Origin: Psilocybe cubensis
Taxonomy: Eukaryota
Direction: 5' to 3'
Assembly (NCBI GenBank): GCA_017499595.2
Contig: CM038999.1
Location: forward strand, 2,914,001-2,978,000
Length of the DNA stretch: 64,000 bases
The notes under the pieces were generated by a model. The model was given only the letters and a program-made list of their open reading frames with translations. It was not told where the DNA came from and ran no database searches. Below, one piece after another: positions 61,175 through 64,000 of the stretch; positions within the stretch are counted from its first letter, which is position 1; every line of letters begins with the position of its first letter. A program made the position numbers and the translations under genes.

Positions 61175-62202
61175 ATGTACGCTAAACTTACCAAAATCCT
61201 CTGTGCATCTCTCAGTTTGGCTTGTCTCGTTCCCAAAGCCGCTGCAGCATCCAGCCATGGACCACATTTGAGCCGGCACGCTGAGCTGGCTAAACGTGCC
61301 GATTCTGATGTCCAACTTTTCAGGAGAGTAACAGGCTCAAGGTGGACCTACTATAACGTTGAAACTGGCAACGCGTTCGTTTATCTTTTGCCCAATCTCA
61401 CTTCCGTCACGCTGATGTATTTCATGCAGGGGATCTTGCGGGAAAAAGCATGTGAACACCGATTTTGTATGTCCAGTATATTATCATTAACTTAGATTAA
61501 CTCATTCATGCGACTCTGCGACTCACAGACTGTTGCGATGAACGCTGCTGTGAGACAAAACAAAATCTAATCGACTCTATGTTGACCAAAAAATTTTCCC
61601 TATAGCAAATGAACCCAGGATGGTGCTTTAAAACTATCAGGATGACTCAAGGCGGAAAGACAACTACTGCCACAGTCACAGACACAGTTAGTGCCTTTTT
61701 CTCGATTCTGATTTGCTCCATTCCTGATGTAATTCGACCTCAGTGCCCAGGATGTCCGTGGGGGGGACTCGACCTTACTGAAGGTCTATTCGGATTTTTC
61801 ATCGGGCATTGGCCTGTAGGGGGAGGAGTTTTGTCTGGGGATTGGGAATTTACGGATGCGGCCCCTCCGCCACCGCCTCCCAAACCAACCTCAAAACCGC
61901 CTCCTCCACCTCCCGTCACAACAAACGCTAAACCCAAAACTACCAGCTCAATCGTCAGTCACAAGCCAACATCCACCAGCACAAAGATATCCAGTTCTAC
62001 TATTTCCAAAACTTCTTCAAGTGTCTCCAGCTCTTCAACTATTGCATCGACTTCTATCGATTACCTCAGTGGTCCAGCGAGCGGTCTTGCTATTCCCACT
62101 GGCTCTATCGACCGCACCGACTCGTCTCCCTCCAATTTGCAAGACCTTAATCAGTTCCTCATCCAAGTTGGAGGCCTGGCCATGGCGGCAGGCGCTCTCT
62201 AA
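61175..62202 (+). CDS. Secreted expansin-like/RlpA-like DPBB protein with a Pro/Ser/Thr-rich tail
   Basis: Signal peptide, TYYNVETGNA|GSCG, a 21-nt microexon TVAMNAA, WCFKTI and DT|CPGCPWGGLDLTEGLF. Confidence 0.9.
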
Positions 62203-63714
62203 ATACTTTGGTTGCGCTTTATAGCGTTGTTCATTGCGTTGTTCTCTCTCCGCTTGTATAACCATGTATCTATTCCAATGCCCCCCTACCTTCACCATTG
62301 TTTCCCGATATCATCCATTTGCGCTATACCCCAAGGCTCCCTCGAAATCAAGGTGCTGGGTCGCCTAAATTATTTATATTCTGCCGTACAGTCGTTTTAC
62401 AAGGTTGGTTTTGATATGGTAGTTAAACTTCACAAAAATGGCCATGGATCTGGCACATTGCATGTTGTTTAATTGTTTATGCTCTAGTATGCTTTTGTTT
62501 TGTTCCGTACAATTACCAAGGTACCTCCGGCATGATCCTGACTCGAAACGCACCAACCTGCTCCGTCTTCTTTCAGAAGTGGCCCACGTCGCTTTCACCT
62601 GCTCCATAGCCGTTAGTTTGCTGCTCGCTGGAGATAATAGAAAATATCTCGGTGAGTTCGAAAGCTACATCCTGCTCGTGCCAGATGTGAACTATGAAAC
62701 AAGCTTCTCAATCGGATGAAGGAAAATGAAGGAAGACAGATAACTGGTTTGAGTTTTATCATACACGACGCCTTAAGCAACAATATCCAAACATATACCT
62801 ATAGTTGATCGATTAGATATACAAATACCGACACTTCGTACAAAGTAGGCATGGTAGCGTAGATGGGTGAGCAACACTCACCCGTGCGTCTTAGCACTTA
62901 TATTCAAGTTGCTTGTTGCACAATAATAAACAGATTCAAAAAAGAAAGAAAAAAAAACTGGTTCGGATCGTATTTCCCAACGTATTACTAATTAAGTGTT
63001 CCTGGCTGTCTTTCCCTGTGTGGCTCTAACAATCTACCTTTCTGTATTTTGTGTGCCTGAATACCTCAGCTTACGAAAAACTCCTTGAAGGTGTGGTACA
63101 CGTACGCGGTCATCGACTCAACCTATTTTTCCCTTTTGCAGAGTTTCCTCAGTAATCAGTATCCAGAAGCCGCACCTTTCTATTGGGACACTTCGGTCCC
63201 GGCTTTGTTACATAACACTTTATTGAGGAACTTACAACGGCGGGTGCTCACCTCTGGTGTGACCGTATTACGATGCAAGTGTGTGTGATTTAAAAATAGA
63301 TCCGCGTAATCTATTTATAACAATTCTATTCTCGGTCACGAATGTCCTGTTTCCCTTACGCTGCCCAGAGCGCTCGATGAATGTCAGCCTGATTGTCATA
63401 ACCAGAAAGATGATGGTTTTTTGAAATTATAATGCTAATTTTTTCCTCTGTCCAATTTTGTGGGAGGCGCAATTTGGTTTTTTCAACGTGTACTAATCAC
63501 GTTTGTGTTAATACAACAAATCCGTAATTTCAACGGGGCAATCTATCATATATACATAATTTATAGCTACCCTAGAGGGCTCAAAAGATTTAAAAGTCTC
63601 GTATTGTGCTCTTTTCCCCCATCATTCCTTTGACACTCTTATATTACATTCTCTATCCAAACACACTTGTTCCACACTATACGACTTCAATAAGCTTAAT
63701 CTTTTTTGATGCAT

Positions 63715-64000
63715 ATGAAAATCGGAGCATCTCTGGTATTCTCTATTCTGGCCTTGAATATACCATGTGTCATCAGTTCTGGTTTTTGGCACTATCTTAA
63801 CCGACATGCTCACTCGCTCGCTTTGCACGGCGCGGGTGGCCTTCAACTTCCCAAGCGCGCTGCTGGATCGACTTGGAAATATTACAATGTCGAGACTGGA
63901 AATCCGTTAAATATCTTCATTTAATGTTATTTCCTTGATTTTTCTGACTTCGATTTTATAGCGGTTCTTGCGGATCGAAGCATGTCAATACTGATTTCGT
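63715..64000 (+). CDS. Second expansin-like DPBB paralogue, 5' part only
   Basis: MKIGASLVFSILALN...KRAAGSTWKYYNVETGNP|GSCGSKHVNTDF, with introns at the same positions as in 61175-62202. Confidence 0.85.

Noticed and set aside
1-64000. Transposons, tRNA, rRNA or snRNA genes
   Set aside because: No transposase or reverse-transcriptase motifs, terminal repeats or cloverleaf-compatible sequences were recognised by eye. Small or intron-containing RNA genes could have been missed without a covariance-model search.

Overview
Eukaryotic, intron-rich DNA from a mushroom-forming basidiomycete, most likely Agaricales. This is inferred from short GT-AG introns (about 50-60 nt), microexons and gene content. 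About 20 protein-coding loci are recognisable. Conserved genes: PRM1 (3' part), AFG1-like ATPase, ATP16, GSH1, ATG6/VPS30, DNA polymerase kappa, RraA-like protein, GYP1, NUP2-like RanBD nucleoporin and SPT23/MGA2. Other genes: an AlkB-type dioxygenase with long N-terminal extensions, a caspase-like protease, two HSP20-like paralogues, a PH-like/coiled-coil protein, a secreted Ser/Thr-rich protein and two expansin-like DPBB paralogues. The most unusual part is 3.5-13.5 kb, directly downstream of PRM1. It is a tandem array of three spliced, open-frame Rsp5/NEDD4-derived genes, each with 3 WW domains and a HECT-like domain. All three lack the C2 domain, have a large deletion where the E2-binding subdomain belongs, and have Pro in place of the catalytic Cys, so they look like conserved pseudo-E3 ligases. 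They alternate with copies of a multi-TM membrane-protein gene, and a decayed PRM1 fragment marks the duplication breakpoint. No rRNA, tRNA, CRISPR or transposon could be supported. All alignments were done by eye and exon boundaries are approximate unless stated.
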